A stretch of DNA of 50,400 nucleotides, taken from contig JAQGMZ010000145.1 in assembly GCA_028292045.1 (NCBI GenBank), positions 1 to 50,400 of the forward strand. Direction: 5' to 3'. Positions 9,011-18,610 of this stretch are shown here, in pieces. The translations under genes and the position numbers were made by a program. This stretch comes from Polaromonas sp. (lineage in GTDB: Bacteria > Pseudomonadota > Gammaproteobacteria > Burkholderiales > Burkholderiaceae_C). The notes under the pieces were generated by a model that saw only the letters and a program-made list of their open reading frames with translations, was not told the origin of the DNA and made no database searches. Numbering within the stretch: the stretch's first letter is position 1; every line of letters begins with the position of its first letter.

Positions 9011-10312
9011 ATGGACACTACGATGCAACTGAACGACATGATTCTCGTGAGTGTGGACGACCACGTGGTCGAGCCGCCCGACATGTTCAAGAACCACCTG
9101 CCCGGTCACCTGCTGGACAAGGCCCCCAAAATCGTTAAAGTACGTAGCGGCGAGGGTTGGGAGTTCGAGGGAATACGCAACCCCAACTTCGGCCTGAACG
9201 CAGTGGTGGGCCGTCCACCCGAGGAGTATGGACTGGAACCGGCCATGTACGCCGACATCCGCAAGGGCACCTATGACCTGAAGGCGCGCGTGGACGACAT
9301 GAATGTCAACGGCATTCTGGGCTCGATCTGCTTTCCCACCTTCCCGGAGTTTGCTGGCACCTACTTCTTGAAAGCGAAGGACAAGGCGCTGGCCAAGCTC
9401 ATCATCAGCGCCTACAACGACTGGCATGTGGACGAGTGGTGCGCTTCGGCGCCGGGCCGTTTCATTCCCATGGCCATTTTGCCGCTCTGGGACATCGACG
9501 CCTGCGTGGCGGAAGCGCGGCGCGTGGCCGCCAAGGGCGTGCGCACCATCACATTCCCGGACAACCCGCCTGCCAAGGGCCTGCCGAGTATCCACGGCAC
9601 CCACTGGGACCCGCTGTGGGTGGCCATGGAGGAGCTGGGCCTGGTGATCAGCTGCCATATCGGCTCTGGCGCCGCTGCGCCTTACCCTTCGCCGGATGCG
9701 CCGATCGATGCCTGGATCGTCAACATGCCCATGTACATCGCCAATGCGGCGACCGAATGGCTGTTCTCGCCGGTGTTCAAAAAGTTCAAGAACCTCAAGA
9801 TCGCCCTGTCCGAAGGCGGCATCGGCTGGGTGCCTTACCTGCTGGAGCGCGCTGATTTCAGCTACAGCCACCACCGCGCCTGGACGCATGCCAATTTTGG
9901 CGACATGCTGCCCAGCGAGCTGTTTGCGCGCAACTTCATCACCTGCTTCATCGACGACAAGTTCGGCCTGAAAAATACCGATGCGCTGAATGTCGACATG
10001 ATCACCTACGAATGCGATTACCCGCATTCCGACACCTTATGGCCCAGGGCCCCTGAAGTCTTGTGGGACTCGCTCAAGCACTTGCCGAGGGAAACCATTG
10101 ACAAGATCACGCATGGCAATGCCATGCGCGAATTTCGCTACGACCCGTTTGCGCTGCTGGGGCGCGAGAACTGCACCGTCGGCGCCCTGCGCGCGCAATC
10201 GACGCACATCGATATCAGCACCGTGTCCGGCCTGGGCGGCTACAACCCGTCCAATACCGAAGGCCGCCAGGTCACGGCGGGCGAAGTGGCCAGGCTGTTT
10301 GCCGGCGCATGA
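9011..10312 (+). CDS. Amidohydrolase_2-family TIM-barrel metalloprotein
   Basis: SVDDHVVEP, CHIG, LSEGGIGW and ECDYPHSD metal-ligand motifs. The start could be 9023. Confidence 0.9.
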   Translation: MDTTMQLNDMILVSVDDHVVEPPDMFKNHLPGHLLDKAPKIVKVRSGEGWEFEGIRNPNFGLNAVVGRPPEEYGLEPAMYADIRKGTYDLKARVDDMNVNGILGSICFPTFPEFAGTYFLKAKDKALAKLIISAYNDWHVDEWCASAPGRFIPMAILPLWDIDACVAEARRVAAKGVRTITFPDNPPAKGLPSIHGTHWDPLWVAMEELGLVISCHIGSGAAAPYPSPDAPIDAWIVNMPMYIANAATEWLFSPVFKKFKNLKIALSEGGIGWVPYLLERADFSYSHHRAWTHANFGDMLPSELFARNFITCFIDDKFGLKNTDALNVDMITYECDYPHSDTLWPRAPEVLWDSLKHLPRETIDKITHGNAMREFRYDPFALLGRENCTVGALRAQSTHIDISTVSGLGGYNPSNTEGRQVTAGEVARLFAGA

Positions 10313-11502
10313 CGGTGCTTCTCCGCCCCAACCGGGATAACCGCGCCATCGTTGCCGGAATCGGCCAGTCAGCTGTGGGCCGCCGGCTGGACCGCTCCGG
10401 CCTGGACCTGACGCTCGACGCGGTGCTGGCGGCGCTGGCGGACGCCGGGCTTGACCGCCGCGACATCGACGGCCTGGCCTGCTGGCCGGGCCACACCCCC
10501 GCGCTGCCGGGTTTCTCGCCGGTCTCGCTGACCGAAGTCAAGGAAGCCCTGCGGCTGGAGCTGAACTGGTACACCGCCGGCGCTGAAGCCTCGCAGATGA
10601 GCGCCATCATCAATGCCTGCATGGCGGTGGCTTCCGGCCAGGCGCGCCATGTGCTGTGTTTTCGCACCATGACCGAGTCCTCCGCCATGGCGCAGGGCAC
10701 GCGTTCGAGCGTGATGAACGGCGTACAGCGCGTCAATGGCTCGCTCAGCTGGCTGGTGCCTTTCGATGCGCCGTCGGCCTCCAACTGGATTGCCTTGACC
10801 GCATCGCGCTACGCGCACGAATTTGGACTGAAACGTGAGCAGCTGGGTCAGATCGCCTTGAATGCCCGGCGCAACGCCGCGCTGAATCCGAACGCGGTGT
10901 ACCGCACCCCGGTAACGATGGACGACTACCTGGCCTCGCGCATGATCTCCACGCCATTGTGCCTGTACGACTGCGATGTGCCCATCGATGGCGCCACGGC
11001 CGTCATCATTTCCCGGCATGACACCGGGCGCGACCTCAAGTCGCAACCCATTTTGATTGACGCCATCTGCGGCCCCCTGCATGGCCGCGACAGCTGGGAC
11101 CAGATGCAAGACCCCACCCGCTTTGCCGGTGCAGATGCGGGCAAGCGCCTGTGGAGCATGACCGATCTCAAGCCCAAGGATGTGGATGTGGGTGCGCTCT
11201 ACGACGGCTTCAGCTTTCTCAGCCTGCTGTGGCTCGAAGACCTGGGCTTTTGCGGCCGCGGCGAGGCCGGCGCTTTTGTCGAGGGCGGGCACCGCATTGC
11301 GCTCGACGGCGAGTTGCCGCTGGCCACCGGTGGCGGTCAATTGTCAGCCGGGCGGCTTCATGGCATGGGCCATTTCTGCGAAGCCGTGCTGCAGTTGCGC
11401 GGCCAGGGTGGCGAGCGCCAGGTGCCGGGCGACCCGCGCGTGGCGGTGGTCAGCAACGGGGGCGGGCCGATTGCCTCCGCAGCGCTGCTGGTGCGCGAAT
11501 GA
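10309..11502 (+). CDS. Thiolase-fold protein (SCP2/Ltp2-like)
   Basis: LYDCDVPIDG, LYDGF, GGGQLSAGRLHG motifs; ATGA overlap with the upstream gene. Confidence 0.9.
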   Translation: MTVLLRPNRDNRAIVAGIGQSAVGRRLDRSGLDLTLDAVLAALADAGLDRRDIDGLACWPGHTPALPGFSPVSLTEVKEALRLELNWYTAGAEASQMSAIINACMAVASGQARHVLCFRTMTESSAMAQGTRSSVMNGVQRVNGSLSWLVPFDAPSASNWIALTASRYAHEFGLKREQLGQIALNARRNAALNPNAVYRTPVTMDDYLASRMISTPLCLYDCDVPIDGATAVIISRHDTGRDLKSQPILIDAICGPLHGRDSWDQMQDPTRFAGADAGKRLWSMTDLKPKDVDVGALYDGFSFLSLLWLEDLGFCGRGEAGAFVEGGHRIALDGELPLATGGGQLSAGRLHGMGHFCEAVLQLRGQGGERQVPGDPRVAVVSNGGGPIASAALLVRE

Positions 11503-11885
11503 CCGATGGAACATCCATGAACGAAACACTCCAGCCCGACGCGGATTACCAGCGCTTTTTGCAGGAAGGCCGCTTCATGATCCAGCGCGGCCGCAGCAGC
11601 GGACGCTATCATTTCTACCCGCGCGCCATCGAGCCCGGAACCGGAAATATTGACCTGGAGTGGGTGCCGGCCAGTGGCCTGGGCACCGTCTATTCGACCA
11701 CCGTGGTTCGCACCAAGCCGCCAGCGCCCTCGTACAACGTGGCCTTGGTCGACCTGGCCGAGGGCCCGCGCATGATGAGCCGCGTCGAAGGCCTGGCGCC
11801 CGAGGAAGTGCGCATCGGCATGGCCGTGCGCGCCCGTATCGTCAATCAAGACGGCAATGCGTTTGTCGTTTTCGACCCCGTTTGA
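11499..11885 (+). CDS. DUF35 OB-fold protein (thiolase partner)
   Basis: FYPR, SGLGTVYSTT, YNVALVDLAEGPRMMSRV, RIGMAV motifs; ATGA overlap with the thiolase stop. The track ORF from 11151 is over-extended. Confidence 0.9.
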   Translation: MTDGTSMNETLQPDADYQRFLQEGRFMIQRGRSSGRYHFYPRAIEPGTGNIDLEWVPASGLGTVYSTTVVRTKPPAPSYNVALVDLAEGPRMMSRVEGLAPEEVRIGMAVRARIVNQDGNAFVVFDPV

Positions 11886-11902
11886 ACCCAAGGAACCGTT
11901 TA

Positions 11903-12676
11903 ATGAAGAATCCGATGTCGCTCGTGGGGCGAAACTTCGTCATCACCGGCGCTGGCCAGGGCATTGGCCTGGCGATTGCCAAGCTGGCGCTCGAACTGGG
12001 CGCCGGCGTAGCGGCCATTGACCTCAACGCCGACACACTCGCCGCTGCCCGCGAAGAACTGGGCGAACGCTTTCTGCCGCTGGCCGGAAGCGTCACCGAT
12101 GCGGCCTTCATCGAAGGCGCCGTGGCGCAAGCCGTTGAATGTTTCGGCGGGCTGCACGGCCTGGTCAACAACGCCGGCATCGGCCGGCCCGCGCTGATCG
12201 AGAAAATGACGATGGAGCAGTGGCAGCTGGTGCTCGATGTGCACCTGACCGGCTCCTTCCTGCTGACCCAGGCCGTTGGCCGCCACCTGATCGCCCGCGC
12301 CGGGGGCGGCGACCGCAGCGGGGGCTCGCTGGTGTTCATTTCTTCCGACGCCGGGCGGCGCGGCAGCCTGGGCCAGATCAACTATGCGGCGGCCAAGTCC
12401 GGCATGTTCGGCATGGCGATGACAGCGGCGCGCGAATGGGCGCGCCACAATGTGCGCTCCAATGCCATCTGTTTTGGCATGGTCGAGACCGCCATGACCG
12501 AAAAGGTGCGTGGCAACGAAAAGATGCTGGCGACCTACATGGAGCAGATTGCGCTCAAGCGCTTTGCCGCGCCCGAAGAAGTCGCCGTGCCAGTGTGCTT
12601 CCTGCTGGGCGAAGGCGCTTCCTACGTGACCGGGCAGGTGCTGTCGGTCAACGGCGGCTACACCATCACCGTATGA
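11903..12676 (+). CDS. Short-chain dehydrogenase/reductase (FabG-like)
   Basis: TGAGQGIG, NNAG, YAAAK; AAGGA RBS before ATG 11903. Confidence 0.92.
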   Translation: MKNPMSLVGRNFVITGAGQGIGLAIAKLALELGAGVAAIDLNADTLAAAREELGERFLPLAGSVTDAAFIEGAVAQAVECFGGLHGLVNNAGIGRPALIEKMTMEQWQLVLDVHLTGSFLLTQAVGRHLIARAGGGDRSGGSLVFISSDAGRRGSLGQINYAAAKSGMFGMAMTAAREWARHNVRSNAICFGMVETAMTEKVRGNEKMLATYMEQIALKRFAAPEEVAVPVCFLLGEGASYVTGQVLSVNGGYTITV

Positions 12677-13938
12677 AACAGGCGCCACCCATGAACGACA
12701 AGCCCAACACACCGCAAGCCGGGCCGCTGGCCGGTATCCGTGTGCTCGACATGACGCGGGTCATCGCCGGTCCGTTTGCGGGGCAAATTCTGGGCGACCT
12801 GGGCGCCGATGTGGTCAAGATCGAGCGCCGGGGCGAGGGCGACGACATCCGCCGCATCGCACCCCCATGGCTCAAGGACGAAGAGGGCCGTGACCGCGAC
12901 GAATCCACCTACAGCCAGGCGGTCAACCGCAACAAGCGCTCGCTGGCGGTGGACTATGCCCAGCCGGCGGGCGCAAGGCTACTGCTCGACATGGCGGCCA
13001 AGGCCGATGTGCTGATCGAAAACTACCGCACCGGCACGCTGGCCAACTACGGGCTGGGCTACGAAGACCTGAAAGCCGCCAACCCCCGGCTGATTTACTG
13101 CTCGCTGACCGGCTTCGGCCAGACCGGACCTTACGCGGCACGTTCGGGCTACGATTACCTGGTGCAGGCGATGGCTGGCGTGATGTCGGTGACCGGCGCC
13201 CGGGACGGCGAGCCCGGCGCCGGGCCGACGCGCATTGGCGTGCCGATCGCCGACACCACCGCCGGGCTGTTTGCCGCCATCGGCATACTGGCCGCGCTGC
13301 AGCACCGCCACACCAGCGGGCAAGGCCAGCATATCGACGTGTCGTTGTTCGAGTCGCAGATGGCCACCTTGATGAACACTTTTTCGGCCTGGTTCAACGG
13401 CGGCGCCGAACTGGGCCGCACCGGCAACGACCACCCGAGCGCCGCGCCCTATGGCGTGTACGCGGTCGATGACGGCTTTTTGCTTGTGGCCACGTTCAAC
13501 GACCGGGAATTCATCCGGCTGGCGGCCGCCGTGGGCCATCCCGAATGGGCCGAGGATGCGAAGTTTGCAAAAAATGCAGCCCGCGTTGCCAACCGGGCCG
13601 AACTGGCCGCGCTGCTGACCCAGGCGCTGGCCGGGCGCAGCAAGGCCGAGTGGGTGGATAAGCTCAATGCCGCCACGGTTTCTTGCGGCCCGATCAACAG
13701 CATGGCCGATCTGGAACATGATCCGCAGGTAATAGCCCGTGGCTTGGTGGTCCCGATGATGCACCCTGTGAACGGCCTGATCCGCACCGTGGCCAGCCCG
13801 CTTCGGATGTCCGATTCCCCGGTGGAATACCGCATCGCGCCGCCGCGCATTGGCGAGCACACCGAAGAAGTGCTGCAGGACTGGCTGGGCCTGGCTGAAG
13901 CGCAATGCGCCATTTTGCGCGAACAGGGAGCCATTTGA
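12673..13938 (+). CDS. CoA-transferase family III (CaiB/BaiF)
   Basis: PLAGIRVLD, LGADVVKIE, NRNKRS, GYD motifs. Start 12673 (ATGA overlap) or 12691. Confidence 0.93.
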   Translation: MKQAPPMNDKPNTPQAGPLAGIRVLDMTRVIAGPFAGQILGDLGADVVKIERRGEGDDIRRIAPPWLKDEEGRDRDESTYSQAVNRNKRSLAVDYAQPAGARLLLDMAAKADVLIENYRTGTLANYGLGYEDLKAANPRLIYCSLTGFGQTGPYAARSGYDYLVQAMAGVMSVTGARDGEPGAGPTRIGVPIADTTAGLFAAIGILAALQHRHTSGQGQHIDVSLFESQMATLMNTFSAWFNGGAELGRTGNDHPSAAPYGVYAVDDGFLLVATFNDREFIRLAAAVGHPEWAEDAKFAKNAARVANRAELAALLTQALAGRSKAEWVDKLNAATVSCGPINSMADLEHDPQVIARGLVVPMMHPVNGLIRTVASPLRMSDSPVEYRIAPPRIGEHTEEVLQDWLGLAEAQCAILREQGAI

Positions 13939-15098
13939 TGACCGCCGTGCATGCAACCCGCGCTTTTGAAGTCACCTGGTCGGAGGCTGAAGTGGCCCGT
14001 GTGCTCGACCGGGTAGCGACCACCCGCCTGCCGCCCGCGCCGCCCGGCAGCGGCTGGACCTACGGCTGCGATGCCGATTTCCTGCAGGGTGTGCAGCGCT
14101 ACTGGACGCAGGACTACGACTGGCGCGGCGCGCTGGACCGGCTGAACAAATACCCGCAGTTCGTGGCCACCATCGATGGCCAGGACATCCATTACCTGCA
14201 TGTGCGCGGCGAATCGCCGACGCCGCGCCCGCTGCTGATGACCCACGGCTGGCCGGGCTCGCAGGTCGAGTTCTGGGACGTGATCGAGCCGCTGGCCTTT
14301 CCGTCGCGCTTCGGCGGCCGGGCGGAAGACGCTTTTGATTTGGTCCTGCCCAGCCTGCCCGGCTATGGTTTCAGTGGCTGCCCGGCGCAGCCGCTGGGCC
14401 AGCGCGCCACCGCCCGGCTGTGGAACCTGCTCATGACCGAGGTGCTGGGCTACCCGCGTTACCTGGCCCAGGGCGGGGACTGGGGCGCTATCGTCACGTC
14501 ATGGCTGGGGCTGGACCATGGCGTGAACGTGCGGGCGATTCATTTGAATTTGCTGGCCTTTCGCCATGCCGAGCCGCCCCGCGATGAGGCAGAGGGTAAA
14601 TGGATGCAGACCGCACTGGCCGCGCAGCAAAGCCTGGGTGCCTACTCGGCGCTGCAGCGCGTGCGCCCGCAGTCGCTGGCCTGGGCCGCCGCTGACAACC
14701 CGCTGGGGCAGGCGGCCTGGATGCTTGAGCGCTTTCACGACTGGGCCGATCTGCGCACGCGCCGTTTTGAAGACGTGTTCACGCTCGACCGCCTGGTGAC
14801 CAACGCCATGCTGTACGTCATGACCGGCAGCTTCACCAGCGCCCTGTGGTACTACGCCGCCATGGTGCCCGAAGGCATGCTGGTGCTGCCCGCCGGCACG
14901 CGCTGCGAAACCCCGACCGCCTACACCGATTACGCCGATCCGCTCGTGCCGGCCCCGCCGCGCAGCCGCGCCGAGCGTGCCTACCGCATCGAGCGCTGGG
15001 TGCAGGCGCCGGCCGGCGGCCATTTTGCCGCGATGGAGAACCCGGCGTTCTTCATTGACGATTTGCGTGAGTGGGCAGCATCTTTGCCCGCTAAGTAA
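13938..15098 (+). CDS. Epoxide hydrolase (EHN domain plus alpha/beta hydrolase)
   Basis: YDWR N-terminal region, HGWP, PSLPGYGFS, QGGDWG (Asp nucleophile), GGHFAAME; TGATG overlap. Confidence 0.92.
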   Translation: MTAVHATRAFEVTWSEAEVARVLDRVATTRLPPAPPGSGWTYGCDADFLQGVQRYWTQDYDWRGALDRLNKYPQFVATIDGQDIHYLHVRGESPTPRPLLMTHGWPGSQVEFWDVIEPLAFPSRFGGRAEDAFDLVLPSLPGYGFSGCPAQPLGQRATARLWNLLMTEVLGYPRYLAQGGDWGAIVTSWLGLDHGVNVRAIHLNLLAFRHAEPPRDEAEGKWMQTALAAQQSLGAYSALQRVRPQSLAWAAADNPLGQAAWMLERFHDWADLRTRRFEDVFTLDRLVTNAMLYVMTGSFTSALWYYAAMVPEGMLVLPAGTRCETPTAYTDYADPLVPAPPRSRAERAYRIERWVQAPAGGHFAAMENPAFFIDDLREWAASLPAK

Positions 15099-15113
15099 CC
15101 CAAGGAGACTCGC

Positions 15114-15917
15114 ATGAAAGTACGCATTCCCAAAGTGGATTTCTCGACGGTCCCGATCCATTGGGCGCCGAATCCCGAATTTGCCCAGAGCTACAACGCC
15201 TTTTCGACCGTACCGGCGCACATCGAGCCTTTCCTCGTGAAAGTCATGATCGCGGCGCGCAAGGTGCTGGACCCCAAGCACGCTACCCTGCACAAGGAAA
15301 TTGACATCTTCATCAAGCAGGAAGTGCAGCATTGCAAGCTGCATCAGGCCTTCAACCAGCATCTGGTGAACTCGGGCTACGAGATGATGCTGCCCATCGA
15401 GGCGCCGTACAAGGCCGACTACGACCGCTTTCTGAAGGACCGTTCCCTGCGCTTCAACATCGCCTACTCCGAAGGCTTCGAGTCCATGGGCTGCGCGGCC
15501 GCCCAGGTGTTTTTCGAGGACCTGGATGAATTTCTGGAAGGGGCCGACCCCCGCGCAGCCGACCTCTGGCGCTGGCACCTGGCCGAAGAGTTCGAGCACC
15601 GCGAGGTCTGCTTCAAGCTGTACAAGGCGCTGTATGGCAATGGCGTGTACGCCTGGCTGTACCGCGTGTATGGCTTTGCCTATGCCGTCAAGCACATTGG
15701 CAGCCACACTCGGCGCCTGGCCGAAGCCATGATTGCCAAGGACCGCGCCCACATGACCGAGGACGAGAAAAAAGCGTCCGAAGTGCGCCTGGCCGCCTAC
15801 CAGAAAAAGATCAAAAAATCGTCCTTGAAACGCCTGGTCCAGGTGCTTTCCCCTTTTTACAACCCGGCACGCCGCGTGGCTTCCCCGGGCATGGCCGAGC
15901 TTTTAGCGCGTTACTGA
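15114..15917 (+). CDS. 'Predicted metal-dependent hydrolase' (Metal_hydrol family) with a ferritin-like di-metal ligand pattern
   Basis: IEPF...QEVQH...EGFE...WHLAEEFEHR (E, ExxH, E, ExxH); strong AAGGAG RBS. Confidence 0.8.
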   Translation: MKVRIPKVDFSTVPIHWAPNPEFAQSYNAFSTVPAHIEPFLVKVMIAARKVLDPKHATLHKEIDIFIKQEVQHCKLHQAFNQHLVNSGYEMMLPIEAPYKADYDRFLKDRSLRFNIAYSEGFESMGCAAAQVFFEDLDEFLEGADPRAADLWRWHLAEEFEHREVCFKLYKALYGNGVYAWLYRVYGFAYAVKHIGSHTRRLAEAMIAKDRAHMTEDEKKASEVRLAAYQKKIKKSSLKRLVQVLSPFYNPARRVASPGMAELLARY

Positions 15918-15933
15918 CAACAAGAAAGATCAC

Positions 15934-17565
15934 ATGATTGAAAACAAGCGTCCCGGCTGGTCCCGTGGCCAGCAGGATACTGTCAATGCCGTGTTTCGGC
16001 GCTCGGTCAGCGAGTACGGCCCGCGCCTTTTCCTCGACGATGCGGGAACCACCTACACCTATGCCCAGGCGCACGAGCAAGTCTGCCGGCTGGCCAACGG
16101 CCTGAAAGCGCAGGGCATCAAAAAGGGGGACACCGTGGTCACCCTGCTCGACAACAGTGCCGACACGGTGTTCATCTGGCTGGCCATCAATACCCTGGGC
16201 GGCATCAGCGTGCCGGTCAATACCGCCTACAAGGGCGAGTTTTTGCGCCATCAGGCCAGCGACGCCGAAGCCACTGTCATCATTGCCGAGAGCGACTATG
16301 CCGAGCGCGTGGTACAGATTGCCGGCGATCTGCCCACGCTGCGCTCACTGGTTTACCGGGGCGCACGTCCAGCCAGCCTGTCAGGCTTCAGCGGCCAGTC
16401 CTTGCCCTGGGCAGAGATGGTGAGCTCCGAATCCAGCGACCCGGTGGTCGACGTCAAGCCGGGCGACCTGGCGATGCTGATCTACACCGGCGGCACCACG
16501 GGCGTGTCGAAGGGCTGCATGGTCAGCCACAACTATGCCTGCAACCTGGCGCGCCAGATGATGGCGCTGACCGGACGCACCAAAGACGCGCTGACCTGGA
16601 CGCCGCTGCCGCTGTTCCATTTCAACGCCGTGGCCTCCACCGTGCTGTGCAACATGATGCTCGGCGCCGGCGTGGCGATCTACCCGCGCTTTTCAGTAAG
16701 CAATTTCTGGCCCGAGATCGAGCGCACGCGCGCCACCGACTGCGCGCTGCTGGGCACCATGCTCACGCTGCTGGCTCGCGCCGATGACAACGAAGCCATG
16801 CTGCGCTGCAAAGGCCAACTGCACGCGGTCTGGGGCGCGCCATTTCCCCAGGCGATCATTGCGACCTGGAAAGAACGCTTCGGCGTCAAGTCCGCAGTGG
16901 CCGGCGGGTTTGGCCTGACCGAATGCGCCATCGTCACGCACCTGCCCTACGGCATGCCGGACAAGCCCAGTACGTCGGGCATGCGCTGCGAATGGTTTGA
17001 CGTGCGCATCGTGGATGACGAGGACAACGAACTGCCCGACGGCACCGCGGGCGAGATCATCGTGCGCCCGCGCCAGCCCCACGTCATGTTCGAAGGCTAC
17101 TGGAAGCGCCCCGAAGACACCATGAAACTGCTGCGCAACCAGTGGTTCCACACCGGCGACATCGGCAAGTTCGACGAGGAAGGATATTTTTACTTCGTCG
17201 ACCGCAAGAAAGACTATTTGCGCCGCAAGGGCGAGAACATCTCCAGCATGGAGGTCGAAAATGCCCTGCGCACCCATCCGGCGGTGGAGGACGTGGCCGC
17301 GCACGCGGTGCTGTCCGATCTGAGCGAAGACGAGCTCAAGCTCACGCTCAAGCTCAGGCCGGGCGCCCAGCTCAAGGAGGAGGAGCTGTTTTACTGGTGC
17401 GCCGACAAACTGCCGTACTTCGCTGTGCCGCGCTACATCGAGTTTCGCCCCGAATTGCCTAAAAACCCGGTGGGCCGCATCCAGAAATACCAGCTGCGCG
17501 ACGAAGGCGTGACCGCCGACACCTGGGACCAGGAGCGCGCCGGTGTCAAGCTCAGCAAGCGTTGA
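15934..17565 (+). CDS. Acyl-CoA ligase (CaiC crotonobetaine/carnitine-CoA ligase-like)
   Basis: YTGGTTGVSKG, FGLTE, WFHTGD, DRKKDYLRRKGENIS motifs. Confidence 0.92.
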   Translation: MIENKRPGWSRGQQDTVNAVFRRSVSEYGPRLFLDDAGTTYTYAQAHEQVCRLANGLKAQGIKKGDTVVTLLDNSADTVFIWLAINTLGGISVPVNTAYKGEFLRHQASDAEATVIIAESDYAERVVQIAGDLPTLRSLVYRGARPASLSGFSGQSLPWAEMVSSESSDPVVDVKPGDLAMLIYTGGTTGVSKGCMVSHNYACNLARQMMALTGRTKDALTWTPLPLFHFNAVASTVLCNMMLGAGVAIYPRFSVSNFWPEIERTRATDCALLGTMLTLLARADDNEAMLRCKGQLHAVWGAPFPQAIIATWKERFGVKSAVAGGFGLTECAIVTHLPYGMPDKPSTSGMRCEWFDVRIVDDEDNELPDGTAGEIIVRPRQPHVMFEGYWKRPEDTMKLLRNQWFHTGDIGKFDEEGYFYFVDRKKDYLRRKGENISSMEVENALRTHPAVEDVAAHAVLSDLSEDELKLTLKLRPGAQLKEEELFYWCADKLPYFAVPRYIEFRPELPKNPVGRIQKYQLRDEGVTADTWDQERAGVKLSKR

Positions 17566-17566
17566 C

Positions 17567-18481
17567 ATGCGGTCCGCGAACACTCCCTTGACCCTGCCTG
17601 CTGTAGCGGTAGAGCGTGTCGAGTTTGTCGGCGCCGGAGGCCTCAGCCTGGCCGCCGACGCTGCCGGGCCGCTGGATGGCCCGCCGGTGCTGCTGCTGCA
17701 CGGCGGCGGACAAACCCGCCACTCCTGGCACCGGGCGCTGCAAACACTGGGCGCGCAAGGCTGGCGGGCGATCGCGCTGGACGCGCGCGGCCACGGCGAT
17801 TCCGGCTGGGCATCCGATGGCGACTACGGTGTGGACCGCATGTGCGATGACCTGCGGTCTGTTATTCAGACACTGGATGAAAACCCCGTGCTGGTGGGCG
17901 CCTCGATGGGTGGCAATACCGCACTGGTGGCCCAAAGCGAAATGCCGGGGCTGGCACGCGCCCTGGTGCTGGTGGACGTGGTGCCGCAGCTCGAAACCGA
18001 AGGCGTGCAGCGCATCATCGACTTCATGACGGCCAGCCCGAACGGCTTTGCCACCCTGGACGAAGCCGCCGACGCCGTGGCCGCCTACAACCCGTCACGC
18101 CCGCGCCCGCATGACCTGCAAGGCTTGACGAAGAATTTGCGCCAGCGTGACGACGGCCGCTGGCGCTGGCATTGGGACCCGCGCTTCATGGTTGCCGACG
18201 CGCCGCAGCGCAACGCGCGTATTCGCGAGATCCACCAGCGCATGGCGCTGGCGGCCGCGCGGGTGCGGGTGCCTGTGCTGCTGGTGCGCGGCGCGCAAAG
18301 CGATGTGGTGAGTGCCGAAGGCGTGGAAGCCTTCCGCAGGCTGATGCCTCAGCTGGAAACCGCCGAAGTCCAGAATGCCGGCCATATGGTGGCGGGCGAC
18401 AGCAACGACCATTTCAATACCGCAATTCTTGGCTTTTTACGCCGCCATGCCGAGCCTGAACCGCGCGACTGCAGCGTTTGA
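17567..18481 (+). CDS. Alpha/beta hydrolase
   Basis: LLHGGGQT, DARGHGDS, GASMGG, AGHMVAGD motifs. Confidence 0.9.
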   Translation: MRSANTPLTLPAVAVERVEFVGAGGLSLAADAAGPLDGPPVLLLHGGGQTRHSWHRALQTLGAQGWRAIALDARGHGDSGWASDGDYGVDRMCDDLRSVIQTLDENPVLVGASMGGNTALVAQSEMPGLARALVLVDVVPQLETEGVQRIIDFMTASPNGFATLDEAADAVAAYNPSRPRPHDLQGLTKNLRQRDDGRWRWHWDPRFMVADAPQRNARIREIHQRMALAAARVRVPVLLVRGAQSDVVSAEGVEAFRRLMPQLETAEVQNAGHMVAGDSNDHFNTAILGFLRRHAEPEPRDCSV

Positions 18482-18502
18482 ATATCTGCTGGCAAGTTAT
18501 AT

Positions 18503-18566
18503 ATGCTTCAAATAAGCACTTTGCGCATATACAGCAAGCGAAATAAGCTATTAATTTAATAGCAAA
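18503..18566. repeat. Comamonadaceae-type short palindromic intergenic (REP-like) element
   Basis: Core palindrome GCTATTAA-T-TTAATAGC (18547-18563) plus the adjacent GCGCATATACAGCAAGCG segment, between convergent genes. Recognised from memory of Comamonadaceae repeats; single copy here. Confidence 0.6.
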
Positions 18567-18610
18567 ATAGCCGCGCAGCAGGTGCCACAAGCCGGGGTGG
18601 TTTCTTGCTG

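Noticed and set aside
12139-12672. N-terminal extensions of track ORFs (12139, 11151, 11660, 27108, 41226) suggesting fusions
   Set aside because: The extensions overlap upstream genes. Internal ATGs with an RBS or stop-start coupling give normal-length proteins.
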